A stretch of DNA of 64,000 nucleotides from Gemmatimonadales bacterium (GCA_039915685.1 JBDSMU010000069.1:2394-66393), one strand, 5' to 3'; shown: positions 53,885 through 63,750, counted from the stretch's first letter. Notes: generated by a model not told the origin, from the letters alone. A program made the numbers and translations.

Positions 53885-55120
53885 ATGATCGGAGTCATCA
53901 AGCGGGTCGGCCTCACGGGGTGGATCTTCATCGGGATGGGAGCGGGCATCCTGATCGGCTGGCTTGCTCCCGAGTTCGGGGCCAGCCTCAAGCCATTCTC
54001 AACCCTGTTCCTCCGGATGATCAAGATGATCGTGGTGCCGATCCTCTTCGGCACGCTGGTTGTCGGGATCGCGGGGCACGGCGACGACATGAAGCGGATC
54101 GGACGTCTCGCCGCCAAGGCGATGATCTACTTCACCGTCATGACCTCAATCGCCCTGGTGATCGGTCTCGTGGCCGGTAACCTCGCCCAGCCAGGCATCG
54201 GTGTCGTGCTGCCGCCACCGGACCCCGGCGCTGCGCTGCCGCAGGCCGCGCCCACCACCCTCGGCGGCTTCCTCGAACACCTCGTGCCGCTCTCGTTCTT
54301 CGAGGCCGCCTCGAAGAACAGCGTGCTCCAGGTGGTGTTCTTCTCGGTGATGTTCGCGATCGGTCTGTCGCAGGTCCCGGCGGGCAAGGCGAAGGAGACG
54401 GTGCTCAACTTCGCTGAGGGTCTAGCGGAGACGGTGTTCAAGATGGTCAATGTGATCATGAAGTACGCCCCGATCGGTATCGGCGCGGCGATGGCGGTAA
54501 CCGTCTCGCACAGCGGCATCGGCGTGATCGCCAACCTCGCCAAACTAGTCGGCACGCTCTACGTCGCCTTGATCGTGTTCGCGCTGGTGGCGCTGATTCC
54601 GTCGATGCTGATCTTCCGGGTCCCCATCCGAAAGTTCTTCGCCACCGTGAAGGAACCGGCGATCATCGCCTTCACCACCACGTCGTCCGATGCCGCACTG
54701 CCACTCGCGATGCAGCGGATGACGGAATTCGGCGTGCCCCGACGGATCGTGGCGTTCGTGATGCCCACGGGGTACTCGTTCAACCTCGATGGTTCGACCC
54801 TCTACCTCGGCGTCGCATCGCTCTTCGTGGCCCAGGCCGCAGGCGTGCACCTTTCCCTCGGCCAGCAACTGCTGATGATGCTCACTCTGCTGATCACCTC
54901 GAAGGGGATCGCCGCAGTACCGCGCGCTTCGCTGGTGGTACTCGCAGGTACGTTGTCGTCGTTTGGCCTTCCACTCGAGGGGATCGCTGTGATCCTGGGC
55001 GTCGATGAGCTGATGGACATGGCACGCACCATGACGAACCTCATTGGCAACTGTCTCGCGACCGCCGTGGTCGCGCGCTGGGAAGGCGAAGCCGAATGGG
55101 ATGTTCCGCTTACCACATGA
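53885..55120 (+). CDS. Dicarboxylate/amino acid:cation symporter (DAACS, GltP/DctA-like)
   Basis: MIKMIVVPILF, TSSDAALP, and GVDELMDMARTMTNLIGN at the C-terminus. Start refined to ATG 53885. Confidence 0.9.
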   Translation: MIGVIKRVGLTGWIFIGMGAGILIGWLAPEFGASLKPFSTLFLRMIKMIVVPILFGTLVVGIAGHGDDMKRIGRLAAKAMIYFTVMTSIALVIGLVAGNLAQPGIGVVLPPPDPGAALPQAAPTTLGGFLEHLVPLSFFEAASKNSVLQVVFFSVMFAIGLSQVPAGKAKETVLNFAEGLAETVFKMVNVIMKYAPIGIGAAMAVTVSHSGIGVIANLAKLVGTLYVALIVFALVALIPSMLIFRVPIRKFFATVKEPAIIAFTTTSSDAALPLAMQRMTEFGVPRRIVAFVMPTGYSFNLDGSTLYLGVASLFVAQAAGVHLSLGQQLLMMLTLLITSKGIAAVPRASLVVLAGTLSSFGLPLEGIAVILGVDELMDMARTMTNLIGNCLATAVVARWEGEAEWDVPLTT

Positions 55121-57381
55121 GACGGCAATCCGCATTGGCCATCACGGCGGTGCTGCTCGCCGCACCGATGTGCGCGCAGTCGCCGCTACACGACATCGAG
55201 CGCGCCCTCGACGCCGGTCAGGCATGGCAGGCCACTCAACTCGCCGCACCACTGCTGGCGCGGGCTGATACTCGCACGCCCGACGCGATCATGCTTGCGG
55301 CGCGTGCTGCCGCGGGATGGGAGGGGTGGTCGACGGTGCGTTCGCTACTCGAGAAGGAACCGTGGCTCGATTCACGGTTCGACCGTCTCGGCCGGCGTCT
55401 TCTCGCAGAGGCAGCGCTCGGCACCCAGCGCAACGCCGATGCGTTGATCGAGGCGCGGGCTGCAGTCGCGGAGCGCGCTGGCCGCGACGACGTTGAGCAG
55501 GGATTCCGGTTGGTCCTGCTCGCTCGCGCGCTCGATCGCAGCGATCAACGCGACAGCGCCGCCGCAACCTATCGCGACGCGGCGGCCCTCCTTCCAGATG
55601 CGGCGGAGTGGCTCTGGCTCCGCGCCGCAGGCGTGACGGCCGACGCCGGCGGAAGGCAGACACTCTACCGGGGCGTGAAGTCACCGGCGGCGCTGCCGCG
55701 GGTTGTGTGGACAGAGGCGCAGACGCTGGAGCGTTTTGGGAACGCAGCGGCGGCGGCGGCCCTGTATGGGAGCATCGGTGCCACCGCCGCGTCGCTCCGA
55801 CTCCGCTGGAACGCCGCGCGCACCGACGCCGAGCGCGCCACGGTTCGCACCGCGCTGGTGGCGGAACTGCGTCCGGGTGTCAGTGCGGGAGCCGCGCGCG
55901 ACGCCTTGATCTTGATCGAGCGCACACCCGTTGCAGTGATCGGCGCAGATCGGTTGACCGTTGCTCGTCGGGCCGCGGAAGTCGGCCGTGCCGCGCAAGC
56001 CGCCGATGCATTCGCCGCGGCCGCAAAAACAATCCCATTATCGGGCGCCGACCGCTTTACCTACGCCAAGGCACTCACCGACTTGGGCCGGTGGCCCGAC
56101 GCTGCGGTCCAGTTCCGAGGTGTAAGCGACCCGTCGCTTGCCGGTCACGCGGCGTATCTCAATGCCCGAGCGTTGCTTCGGAGCGGCAACGGGAGTGCCG
56201 CGGTCACGGCACTCGAACGGGTCGTGACCAACTTCCCGCGAGACACCCTCGCGACCGGCACTGCGCTGTTCCTGCTTGGTGATCTGGCCATCGACGGTGG
56301 CGACGTAGAGAGGGCCCGCAGGTGGTTCAGCCAGCTTGGCACTCGTTATCCCACGAGTACCTTCGCGCCCAGGGGTGCACTGCTCGCCGCACTGATCCCG
56401 CTGGCGCGGAACGACCCGGCGACAGCCGCGCGTGAGCTCCGTCGGGCACTGGGCACATATGCCACGCGTGGTGAGGCGGATGCGATTCGATATTGGCTGG
56501 CGCGCGCGACAGCCGCCACCGGCCAGCAGGGCGCTGCCGATTCGATCCTCAGGACGTTGCTGGCGCGCGGACCGGAGAGCTACTACGCGACCCGTGCCGC
56601 GATCCGACTCGACACCGTGCCGTGGAGTGCGTCGGAGCCGCCGCTCTCGTCGTCGGATTCGCTTACGACGACATTCACACGTGTCGCCCTCCTGGAGCGA
56701 ATCGGGCTCGATACCGAGGCCCGCCTTGAACTCGACTATCTGGGTACGCGTTCAAGTACGGCATCGACGTTGCTCGTGATGGCCGAGGCGATGCGGGAGC
56801 GGGGGTACACCGCGCGGGCATCTCAGCTTGGCCAACGTGCGATCGCCGCGGGCGCCCCGCGCGATGCGCGCACCTTTCGTTTGCTCTACCCCTTGCCGTG
56901 GGCGGACGCGCTGCTCACAGCTGGAGAGCGCGAAGATGTTGATGCGCTGCTTGCGGCATCGGTGATTCGCCAGGAGTCGGCGTTCCAGCCGCATGCCACG
57001 TCGCGCACCGACGCCCGCGGACTGATGCAAGTGATGCCGTCGGTCGGCAAGGAACTCGGTCGGAACTTCGGGTTTACCGATCTCGATCCCGCGCTGCTCT
57101 GGCAGCCGGAACTCAACATCTCGCTGGGCATGAGGCACTTTGGCAACGCGCTCAAGCGCTATCCCGAACCGGAACGCGCCCTCGCGGCGTATAACGCCGG
57201 TCAGTCTCGCGTCAATCGATGGACCGCCACGCTGCTGAGCGGTACCAACAACCGCCCAGTCACGGCACCACTCGATGATGTCGAGTTGTTTGTCGAGCGT
57301 ATCCCGTTCGTCGAGACGCGCGACTATGTGCGGATCGTGATCCGAAATGCGGCGATGTACCGGATGCTGTACGGCGGCTGA
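55117..57381 (+). CDS. Soluble lytic murein transglycosylase (Slt70-like)
   Basis: Signal peptide, long superhelical repeat N-terminal domain, catalytic VIRQESAFQP...ARGLMQVMP...AYNAG. ATGA overlap with the upstream stop. Confidence 0.85.
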   Translation: MRRQSALAITAVLLAAPMCAQSPLHDIERALDAGQAWQATQLAAPLLARADTRTPDAIMLAARAAAGWEGWSTVRSLLEKEPWLDSRFDRLGRRLLAEAALGTQRNADALIEARAAVAERAGRDDVEQGFRLVLLARALDRSDQRDSAAATYRDAAALLPDAAEWLWLRAAGVTADAGGRQTLYRGVKSPAALPRVVWTEAQTLERFGNAAAAAALYGSIGATAASLRLRWNAARTDAERATVRTALVAELRPGVSAGAARDALILIERTPVAVIGADRLTVARRAAEVGRAAQAADAFAAAAKTIPLSGADRFTYAKALTDLGRWPDAAVQFRGVSDPSLAGHAAYLNARALLRSGNGSAAVTALERVVTNFPRDTLATGTALFLLGDLAIDGGDVERARRWFSQLGTRYPTSTFAPRGALLAALIPLARNDPATAARELRRALGTYATRGEADAIRYWLARATAATGQQGAADSILRTLLARGPESYYATRAAIRLDTVPWSASEPPLSSSDSLTTTFTRVALLERIGLDTEARLELDYLGTRSSTASTLLVMAEAMRERGYTARASQLGQRAIAAGAPRDARTFRLLYPLPWADALLTAGEREDVDALLAASVIRQESAFQPHATSRTDARGLMQVMPSVGKELGRNFGFTDLDPALLWQPELNISLGMRHFGNALKRYPEPERALAAYNAGQSRVNRWTATLLSGTNNRPVTAPLDDVELFVERIPFVETRDYVRIVIRNAAMYRMLYGG

Positions 57382-57394
57382 CAGGCCACCCGTC

Positions 57395-58297
57395 TCACGC
57401 TGAGTTCACGTGGGTCATCGCGGCTGCCACCACATCGTCCGACGTCATTCCCCGCTCCCGCATCGAGGCCAATGTCTCGCTGTGGTCGCGCTTGCTGAGC
57501 TTCCGCCCATCAGGTGCCAACACAAGCGGATGATGCAGAGTGACGGCTGGCACGGTTCGTCCCAGCAGTTCTCCAAGAAGTTGCTGACGTCCGGTCGACG
57601 TTGCCAGATCCTCACCGCGCACGATCAGGTCGATCCCGTCACGAATGTCGTCGACCACCACGCAGAGTTGGTAGGTCCACTGCCCACGTGCGTCGCGGAT
57701 CACCACGTCGCCCCCCTCTCGAACCGGATGCTGCTTGATCTCGCCCATCAGCAGATCCGTGGTATGTACCGCCACATCGGGGATGCGGACTCGCCACGAC
57801 GCCGGTTCGCCACGATCGCGGGGCATGCCGCGACAGGTCCCCGGATAGTTCCGCTCACCCGATTCGTCAGCGGGGCCCAAGTCTGCACGGGTGCAGGTGC
57901 AGCCATACACCGACGCTGACTTCTCCAGTTGCTCCGCAGCCGTAGCGTATAACTCCGCGTGGTCGCTTTGTCGCCACGGTGACGGACACGCCGACCGCAG
58001 CGACTGAAGGGAATCTGCGTCTGGGTGCAATCCCAGCCACTCCATGTCGTCGAGTATTCGCCGCTCGCTGTCGCGACTGCTGCGGGTCTGGTCGTGGTCC
58101 TCGATTCGTACGATCACCCTGCCGTCGAGTTCGCGGGCCATGCCCCAGACCCAAAGCGCGTGGACCACGTGACCGAAGTGCAGATCGCCGGTGGGCGACG
58201 GGGCGAACCGTGTTACCGGGTGCGCCGCAGCTCCAGACAGCTTGCGGTAGCGGTCCGCGATGGCCCTGAAGACTGGGGAGGATGGAACTCCTGGCAG
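57395..58297 (-). CDS. gluQ: Glutamyl-Q tRNA(Asp) synthetase (truncated GluRS paralogue)
   Basis: RFAPSPTGDLHFGH (HIGH) ... RIEDHD ... YGCTCTR ... LSKRD. The HIGH motif lies upstream of the first canonical start (GTG 58168). Start proposed at CTG 58297 (or 58300), after GGAGG. Confidence 0.75.
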   Translation of the reverse strand: MPGVPSSPVFRAIADRYRKLSGAAAHPVTRFAPSPTGDLHFGHVVHALWVWGMARELDGRVIVRIEDHDQTRSSRDSERRILDDMEWLGLHPDADSLQSLRSACPSPWRQSDHAELYATAAEQLEKSASVYGCTCTRADLGPADESGERNYPGTCRGMPRDRGEPASWRVRIPDVAVHTTDLLMGEIKQHPVREGGDVVIRDARGQWTYQLCVVVDDIRDGIDLIVRGEDLATSTGRQQLLGELLGRTVPAVTLHHPLVLAPDGRKLSKRDHSETLASMRERGMTSDDVVAAAMTHVNSA

Positions 58298-58558
58298 CAG
58301 TACCTCCGGGGTGGCAAGTCGTAGTAGGTGCGTCGGTCGTCACGTGCGAGACGGCGCAGGCCGCGAGTTGGAGCCGAGGATGGTGGAGTCTCCGATCTAG
58401 CCCGCCGGCGCAGGCCCCGCCCCGGGCCGCGGCGGGACGATCCGTCACGCGGCTCGGTCACCGGGCCCACCAACCGTCGGCTCGGAAGCCCGTCCATTCG
58501 GCGCCCGTATAGTCCGAGCCTCCTCTGGCGGGCCCGTCGCACCTCGCCGCAATAACGG

Positions 58559-60430
58559 TTACGGCTTACGGCTACCGGCAGTGCGCTGTATCCAGTCCAC
58601 CACCCCGCGCTCCGTTTCGATCCCACTCCACGGTCCGTCGTTGTCGGTGGCCCACCACGTTGTTGGAGTCCGCCGCAGCAGCAGCTCCCGATGGAATGCT
58701 GCGCGTTGATCCGCAGGAGTGAGCACCGCCGACGACTCCACCAGGAACAGCGTCGGGGTCCGGATCCTTGCCACATCCCGCAGCGGCGACGTCGCCAGCC
58801 ATTCGAGCGGGTCGGCACGGAAGGGCAGCATGAACGTGGCGTCGTCCGGCACGGCGAGTTCACGGCCAGCGAGGAAATCCCAGGGACCCTCCAGGATTGC
58901 GCCGGCAAAGCGTGTGGTACGCTCGAGCGCCGCGAGTGCAATCACGGCGCCACTGCCGCGGCCGCGCAGCAGCACCCTGTTGCTGTCGACGAGTCCGACC
59001 CGGATCAATTCATCGACACCGGCAATCACGTCGCCCACATCATCATCGGGAAAGGTGGTGAGACGATTGCCGTGATCGGTGCCGTAGCCGGTGGACTCGC
59101 GAACGTTGGGGCGGAAGACCGCGAACCCGGCGTTGGTAAGCCGAGTGACGCGCGGGTCGAATCCGGCGTCGTGCATCCCATGGGGGCCGTCGTGCAGCAT
59201 CACCACCAGCGGCACACGCTCGGCGGGGTCGAAGATCGCCGGGCGCGATACCCAGCCGTGAATCAGCGTTCCATCGTTTGCACGGTACTCGACTTCTTCG
59301 GATTCGCCGGCCGGAAGGGCGTCGGCCAGCAAGGCGTTGATCGTGGTGACCGGCGCGAGATCCCAAGGCTTTCCGAGGGGGAAGCGCACCAATTCGTCGG
59401 GCCGCGAGATCGTCGAGCGGATTGCCACACCAATGGCGCGATTGCCGTTCACGTCGCCGAGCAGCATGCGATGCGCGCCGTTCGATGCCGGCTTCACCCG
59501 TCCCGAGCGAGTGCTGATGGTGAATGTGTTGACGGTGCCACGTTCCTGGGCGCTGAACCAGAGCGTCGTTTTGTCGGACCAGCGTACGCTTACGGGATCG
59601 CGATCAAAACCGATACTCAGCAGCCGGTCACGACTTCCGTCGGGCTGCATCACACGCAGGTCCTGGGTGCGATACGACGCGCTGGTCGGTGGAAAGCCGA
59701 GGTAGGCCACGGACTTGCGATCGGGTGCGGTCACTGGTGAATGCCAGAAACCGGGCTGCACTGTCAGGCGGCGGAGCTCACCGCCACTCGCGAGCACGCG
59801 GTAGAGCTGCGAGGCGAAGTAATCACCAGCTACCAGCGAATCGCTCCCGGCCACGACGAGCGCTCCGGTGTCGAGCCAGTCAAACGACACCGGATCTGGG
59901 AGACCGGTGTCCCGGCCGGCGAGGCGAAATCCCGCAGGAGTGACCCGCTGGGCCGTCCCGCCAGTGGATGGCACCACGTGCAGCTGCATGGCTGTGCCGA
60001 GGTCGGACTCGACGCCGGCACCCGCCATCACAAATGCGAGCTGTTTACCGTCGGGCGACCAGCGCAATGCACCGATCGCGGTTCCCGCGGCGATCACCCG
60101 TTCGGCGCCGTCGCGGTCCACTGCGCGCACAAACAGTCGAGTGCCGTCGGCGCTGCGGTACGCCACTTCGTCGCCGTCGGGCGACCACTCGGCGTGGGAC
60201 CCCTCGGCCAGCATTCGCACTGCACCGCCACTCACATCGATGACTGCTATCTGTGGCATGCCGGCATTCGCGCGGGTAAACGCCACGCGTCGTCCATCGG
60301 GCGACAGTCTCGGCGCACGTAACCGTTCGACGCGAACAAGCGCCGAGTCGACGGCGGCGAACTGAGCTCGCACAGCTTGCGGGGCGACCGAAGCGATCGC
60401 GAGGGCCACACTGATCGTCAGGGTTCTCAT
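58559..60430 (-). CDS. S9 (prolyl oligopeptidase) family protein: beta-propeller plus alpha/beta-hydrolase domain, catalytic triad apparently degenerate
   Basis: Signal peptide; TolB/DPP-like repeats (SPDG..VAF); C-terminal hydrolase fold. It carries RGRGSGA instead of GGSxGG, and no clear Asp/His partners. Confidence 0.75.
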   Translation of the reverse strand: MRTLTISVALAIASVAPQAVRAQFAAVDSALVRVERLRAPRLSPDGRRVAFTRANAGMPQIAVIDVSGGAVRMLAEGSHAEWSPDGDEVAYRSADGTRLFVRAVDRDGAERVIAAGTAIGALRWSPDGKQLAFVMAGAGVESDLGTAMQLHVVPSTGGTAQRVTPAGFRLAGRDTGLPDPVSFDWLDTGALVVAGSDSLVAGDYFASQLYRVLASGGELRRLTVQPGFWHSPVTAPDRKSVAYLGFPPTSASYRTQDLRVMQPDGSRDRLLSIGFDRDPVSVRWSDKTTLWFSAQERGTVNTFTISTRSGRVKPASNGAHRMLLGDVNGNRAIGVAIRSTISRPDELVRFPLGKPWDLAPVTTINALLADALPAGESEEVEYRANDGTLIHGWVSRPAIFDPAERVPLVVMLHDGPHGMHDAGFDPRVTRLTNAGFAVFRPNVRESTGYGTDHGNRLTTFPDDDVGDVIAGVDELIRVGLVDSNRVLLRGRGSGAVIALAALERTTRFAGAILEGPWDFLAGRELAVPDDATFMLPFRADPLEWLATSPLRDVARIRTPTLFLVESSAVLTPADQRAAFHRELLLRRTPTTWWATDNDGPWSGIETERGVVDWIQRTAGSRKP

Positions 60431-61062
60431 GCGCGCTCCTGCAACTCGCGTTGCACTCGCGCGATCACCATTTCAACTCCGATCCGGTTGTGCCCCCCCT
60501 CCGGCAGGATCACATCGGCCCAGCGTTTCGACGGCTCCACAAACTCGAGGTGCATTGGCCGCACCGTGGCGAGGTATTGCCGGATCACATCGTCCATCGA
60601 CCGGCCACGATCCTCGACGTCGCGCACCAGTCGACGGATGAAGCGCACGTCATCGGCCACGTCGACAAACACCTTTATGTCGAAGAGCTCACGGAGGCGG
60701 CGGTCAGCAAAGAGGAGTATCCCCTCGACGATGATGATGTCGCGGGGCTCCATCGGCACGGTGGCCGTGGCCCGGGTATGGAGCGCAAAGTCATAGGTCG
60801 GCTTCTCGATGGCGCGCCCCGCCGACAGTGCCTCGAGGTGATCGACCAAGAGGTCGTTGTCGAGCGAGTCGGGGTGGTCGAAATTGACCTGCCGGCGTTC
60901 GTTGAGGGAGAGATGCGCGAGATCCTTGTAGTAGGCGTCGTGGTCGATGATGCTCGCGACGCCAGTGGCGTCAACGATCGCGTGCGCTACCGTCGTTTTG
61001 CCCGAACCGGACCCGCCGACGATGCCGATGATGAGCGGACGGGAGGTTGCAGGACGCTCCAC
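60427..61062 (-). CDS. udk: Uridine kinase
   Basis: IIGIVGGSGSGKTTVA, FDHPDSLD, IIVEGILLF. ATGA overlap with the downstream gene. Confidence 0.95.
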   Translation of the reverse strand: MERPATSRPLIIGIVGGSGSGKTTVAHAIVDATGVASIIDHDAYYKDLAHLSLNERRQVNFDHPDSLDNDLLVDHLEALSAGRAIEKPTYDFALHTRATATVPMEPRDIIIVEGILLFADRRLRELFDIKVFVDVADDVRFIRRLVRDVEDRGRSMDDVIRQYLATVRPMHLEFVEPSKRWADVILPEGGHNRIGVEMVIARVQRELQERA

Positions 61063-63216
61063 TCAGCGCTCCGGAACGATGTCGAGACGCAGTTCGTACC
61101 AGCCATCAAGCTGCAGGTGTTCGACCCTGAACTTGTGTTTGCCCATCGACGCGAATGACGTCTCCCGCACTCGCGATTCACCCGGCGTCCAGTCGTCGAT
61201 CAACAATTTGTCATCGATGTACACCCTGACGGCATCGTCGGCGATTGTCCGGAGAACGTACCGTCCTGCAGGCAGCGTAACATCAGAGGTCGCACCGGTC
61301 AGCACGTTGCCCTGCGGCACCCGCTTGTCGGGTGGCCGATACCAGGTGAGATCGAGCATGCTGGTGTCGCTGCTGGCCAACGGCTCGCCGCCCAGCGCGC
61401 GGGTGATCGCCACGGCGTCCGTACGCGGCGTTGTAGCCGAATCCCACGCCACGTGCACGAGATGCCAGGTGATCGCAGGGACCCAGCGGCGCCAAGTGAA
61501 CCGCGCCGGGCCTCCCGGCGCAATCCGGTCGCCGAACGGCGTCGTGACCACGCCACCGCGGTACTCCAGCTCGACACTCCAGTCGCCCATGTAATCGGCT
61601 TCGGGAGTCACGGTCAGGGTGTCGCCAACCCTCCCCGATCGGGCGGAGAGGGTGGCGACGTTCCGCTGATCGACCACCCGCCACGTGCCTGCGGGGCCGA
61701 GCACCCGCAGCCGCTGCGGGTTGGCGTCGGAACGCCCCACCGGCCACAGCTTCGGACTTCGCCAATCGTACGGCCCCCATTCGTCGACGATGATCGTTTT
61801 CCGCCCGCGCATGGCCCCGGACGGGATCATCGCATCGATGCCGCCTTTCCGTTTCGCCACCCGATACCGGGCGGGAATGGTGACTGGCATCGCGGCCCTC
61901 TGATCCAGTGTCATCGTCCAACCCACGGTGTCGCCGCTCACGCGGGTGAGTGAATCCACGCCGACAAACGCGTTGCCGTCGACCCGCACCCGCTGGGTGT
62001 TGTCGATCCGGAGCGCGAGCCGATTGTTGGCGAAGGTGTTGCCCAGTATGACGACATCGCGCGAGCGGGTGTCGCGATACTTCGGGTAGCCCCAGTCGGA
62101 GGGCTCGACGCGGTTCCACCAGAGTCGGATCGCGGTGGTGTCGCCCCGGAAGGTGTTGCCGACGATACGGTTGTCCTGGCCGTGCTCGATGGCGATCGCC
62201 TCGACGTTGTTGCGGAAGTCGTTGCCGATGTACACCGTCTCGTACGAGTAGCCGCCCCACACCCCGTGCCAGTTCTCCTCGACCCGGTTGCCCGCGAACA
62301 CATTCCGGGAAAAGGTGGTCTCGATACCGTTGGTGGGGGCGTGCGAAAAATCGTTGGCGTAGAAGAGATTGTCGTTGGCGCCACCTTTTCCGCTGTCCAT
62401 CGTAGACTGACCAGCCCAGAGGAAGAGTCCGTCCCCGGAATGGGTCACCGAATTGTATGCCACCACGTTGTGGCAACTCTGCTCGTACATCAGCAGACCC
62501 GCGGAGTCCTGGCCACGGTTGTAGAAACCGTGGGAGTAGCCACGGACATTCCAGTCGATCCGGTTGTGCATCAGGGTGTTGTACGACGCGCGGTACATCC
62601 CGATGCCGAGCCCGGAGTTGAAGGAGAAGTCGTTGTTCCAGATGAGGAGGCTGTCGGTACGGGTCATCAGCAGCGCGTTCTGCCCCTGCCTGACCCGGTT
62701 GCCCTCGAGCTCGCCCCCGCGCACGTCGATGAGGTAGATCGCCGCGGCGTGCTTGAGCCACTCGTCTTTCTCGTTCTGGTGGTACGACATCCAGTCGACC
62801 AGCGATTCCTTCTCGATCCCGCTCATCAGACGGGTCTTCCAGTTGTAAGAAAGGTCGTTGTCGAGGAGGCGGAGGTTGCGCACGCCGCGCGCGATCAGGC
62901 CGATTCGGTAACCGCTAATGGTGGCGCCGCGAACGGTAATGTTGCTGCCACCATCAATCCGGACAGCCGTGCCGGTGAATCGGTCGGGGCGGTCGCGCTG
63001 ATCGCTCCCGACAAGCTCCACGCCGCGCATGTCGACGGTGAGGTTGCTGCCACGAATCGTGAGGATGCCCGAATCACCGGCGGGCGCCTGGTAGGCGCCG
63101 GGGCGGATCCGGACCGACGACGTGACCACCATTCCGGGGGTGAACGGGATCGTGGGCGCCTGGGCGGCGAGGGGTGCGGTCAGTACCAACGCGGCAACAA
63201 CACAAAGGTGGCGCAT
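61063..63216 (-). CDS. Secreted right-handed parallel beta-helix repeat protein with a C-terminal PA14-like domain
   Basis: Signal peptide MRHLCVVAALVLTAPLAAQA. Repeated N..xxN / G.xxxxSxxNxxxxN beta-helix units. C-terminal ..YVLRTIADDAVRVYIDDKLLIDDW.. is PA14-like. Confidence 0.7.
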   Translation of the reverse strand: MRHLCVVAALVLTAPLAAQAPTIPFTPGMVVTSSVRIRPGAYQAPAGDSGILTIRGSNLTVDMRGVELVGSDQRDRPDRFTGTAVRIDGGSNITVRGATISGYRIGLIARGVRNLRLLDNDLSYNWKTRLMSGIEKESLVDWMSYHQNEKDEWLKHAAAIYLIDVRGGELEGNRVRQGQNALLMTRTDSLLIWNNDFSFNSGLGIGMYRASYNTLMHNRIDWNVRGYSHGFYNRGQDSAGLLMYEQSCHNVVAYNSVTHSGDGLFLWAGQSTMDSGKGGANDNLFYANDFSHAPTNGIETTFSRNVFAGNRVEENWHGVWGGYSYETVYIGNDFRNNVEAIAIEHGQDNRIVGNTFRGDTTAIRLWWNRVEPSDWGYPKYRDTRSRDVVILGNTFANNRLALRIDNTQRVRVDGNAFVGVDSLTRVSGDTVGWTMTLDQRAAMPVTIPARYRVAKRKGGIDAMIPSGAMRGRKTIIVDEWGPYDWRSPKLWPVGRSDANPQRLRVLGPAGTWRVVDQRNVATLSARSGRVGDTLTVTPEADYMGDWSVELEYRGGVVTTPFGDRIAPGGPARFTWRRWVPAITWHLVHVAWDSATTPRTDAVAITRALGGEPLASSDTSMLDLTWYRPPDKRVPQGNVLTGATSDVTLPAGRYVLRTIADDAVRVYIDDKLLIDDWTPGESRVRETSFASMGKHKFRVEHLQLDGWYELRLDIVPER

Positions 63217-63312
63217 GCTGTAAGCTAACGCGGCATACGGTGCGGACGGCTGCTCCGGCGGCCGCACCGCCATCGCGCTCAGCGTCGGGAATGCCGGGCG
63301 CGCCACAATTCG

Positions 63313-63725
63313 TGATATCGAGTTTGGTGCGTCGTTGGCGGTGGCGCCGCGGGCGCGAGTCGAGGGTAATCTCTCGTTGCTCGACTTTGACCTGAAGGAG
63401 GCGACGTTAGCGGACGGTGGCAGTCAACGCGAGGTTTTAAGACAGCTTAGCAAGCCAGTTGTTCCCGGAAATCGCACGCTCACCATGAACCAAATTGCTC
63501 AACACGAGGGAGGGACGCCACGTGCCCCGGTCGTCGTTCTGCACCACCCCACGTATCTGGCAAACCTCTCAGCCCAGCTCCGCCACCAACGGCACGTCGT
63601 GACTCTCCCCGTGATCCCAGTTCGGACCATTTTGTCGTACTAGAAAGGCAAGCTCGACTCGCGGGCGCTCTGGCTCCCGTACCGGAATGCAACGCCCCCA
63701 CGTTGATCGGCCAACGATATCGAGT
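63313..63725. other. Lower-GC segment bounded by a 10-bp direct repeat and containing nested CGAGTCGAG-type inverted repeats (ncRNA, MITE or operator cluster; unresolved)
   Basis: GATATCGAGT at 63313-63322 and 63716-63725. CGCGAGTCGAG at 63354-63364 versus CTCGACTCGCG at 63652-63662. Local hairpin AGTCGAG 63358-63364 / CTCGACT 63380-63386. Confidence 0.3.
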
Positions 63726-63750
63726 CTCCAGACTTTCCCCCGAGGCAGCC

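Noticed and set aside
58381-58470. tRNA on the minus strand, suggested by TGGTGGAG (complement of CTCCACCA)
   Set aside because: There is no matching 5' acceptor strand about 75 nt upstream, no T-loop consensus, and no anticodon-arm geometry. The GC-rich hairpin here (CCCGCCG...CGGCGGG) is more likely a post-gene structure after the S9 peptidase gene.
63307-63750. tmRNA, RNase P RNA, or a TPP, cobalamin, glycine or c-di-GMP-I riboswitch
   Set aside because: I checked both strands by eye. There is no GGGG..../....CCACCA acceptor pairing or T-arm (GGTTCGA.TCC). There is no GAGGAAAGTCCGG / ACAGAACCCGGCTTA pair. Only isolated fragments are present (CTGAGA, GGCAAACC) without the rest of the consensus. 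The GGGGGAAAGTCTGG-like string on the minus strand is just the complement of the RBS region of the 63751 CDS.
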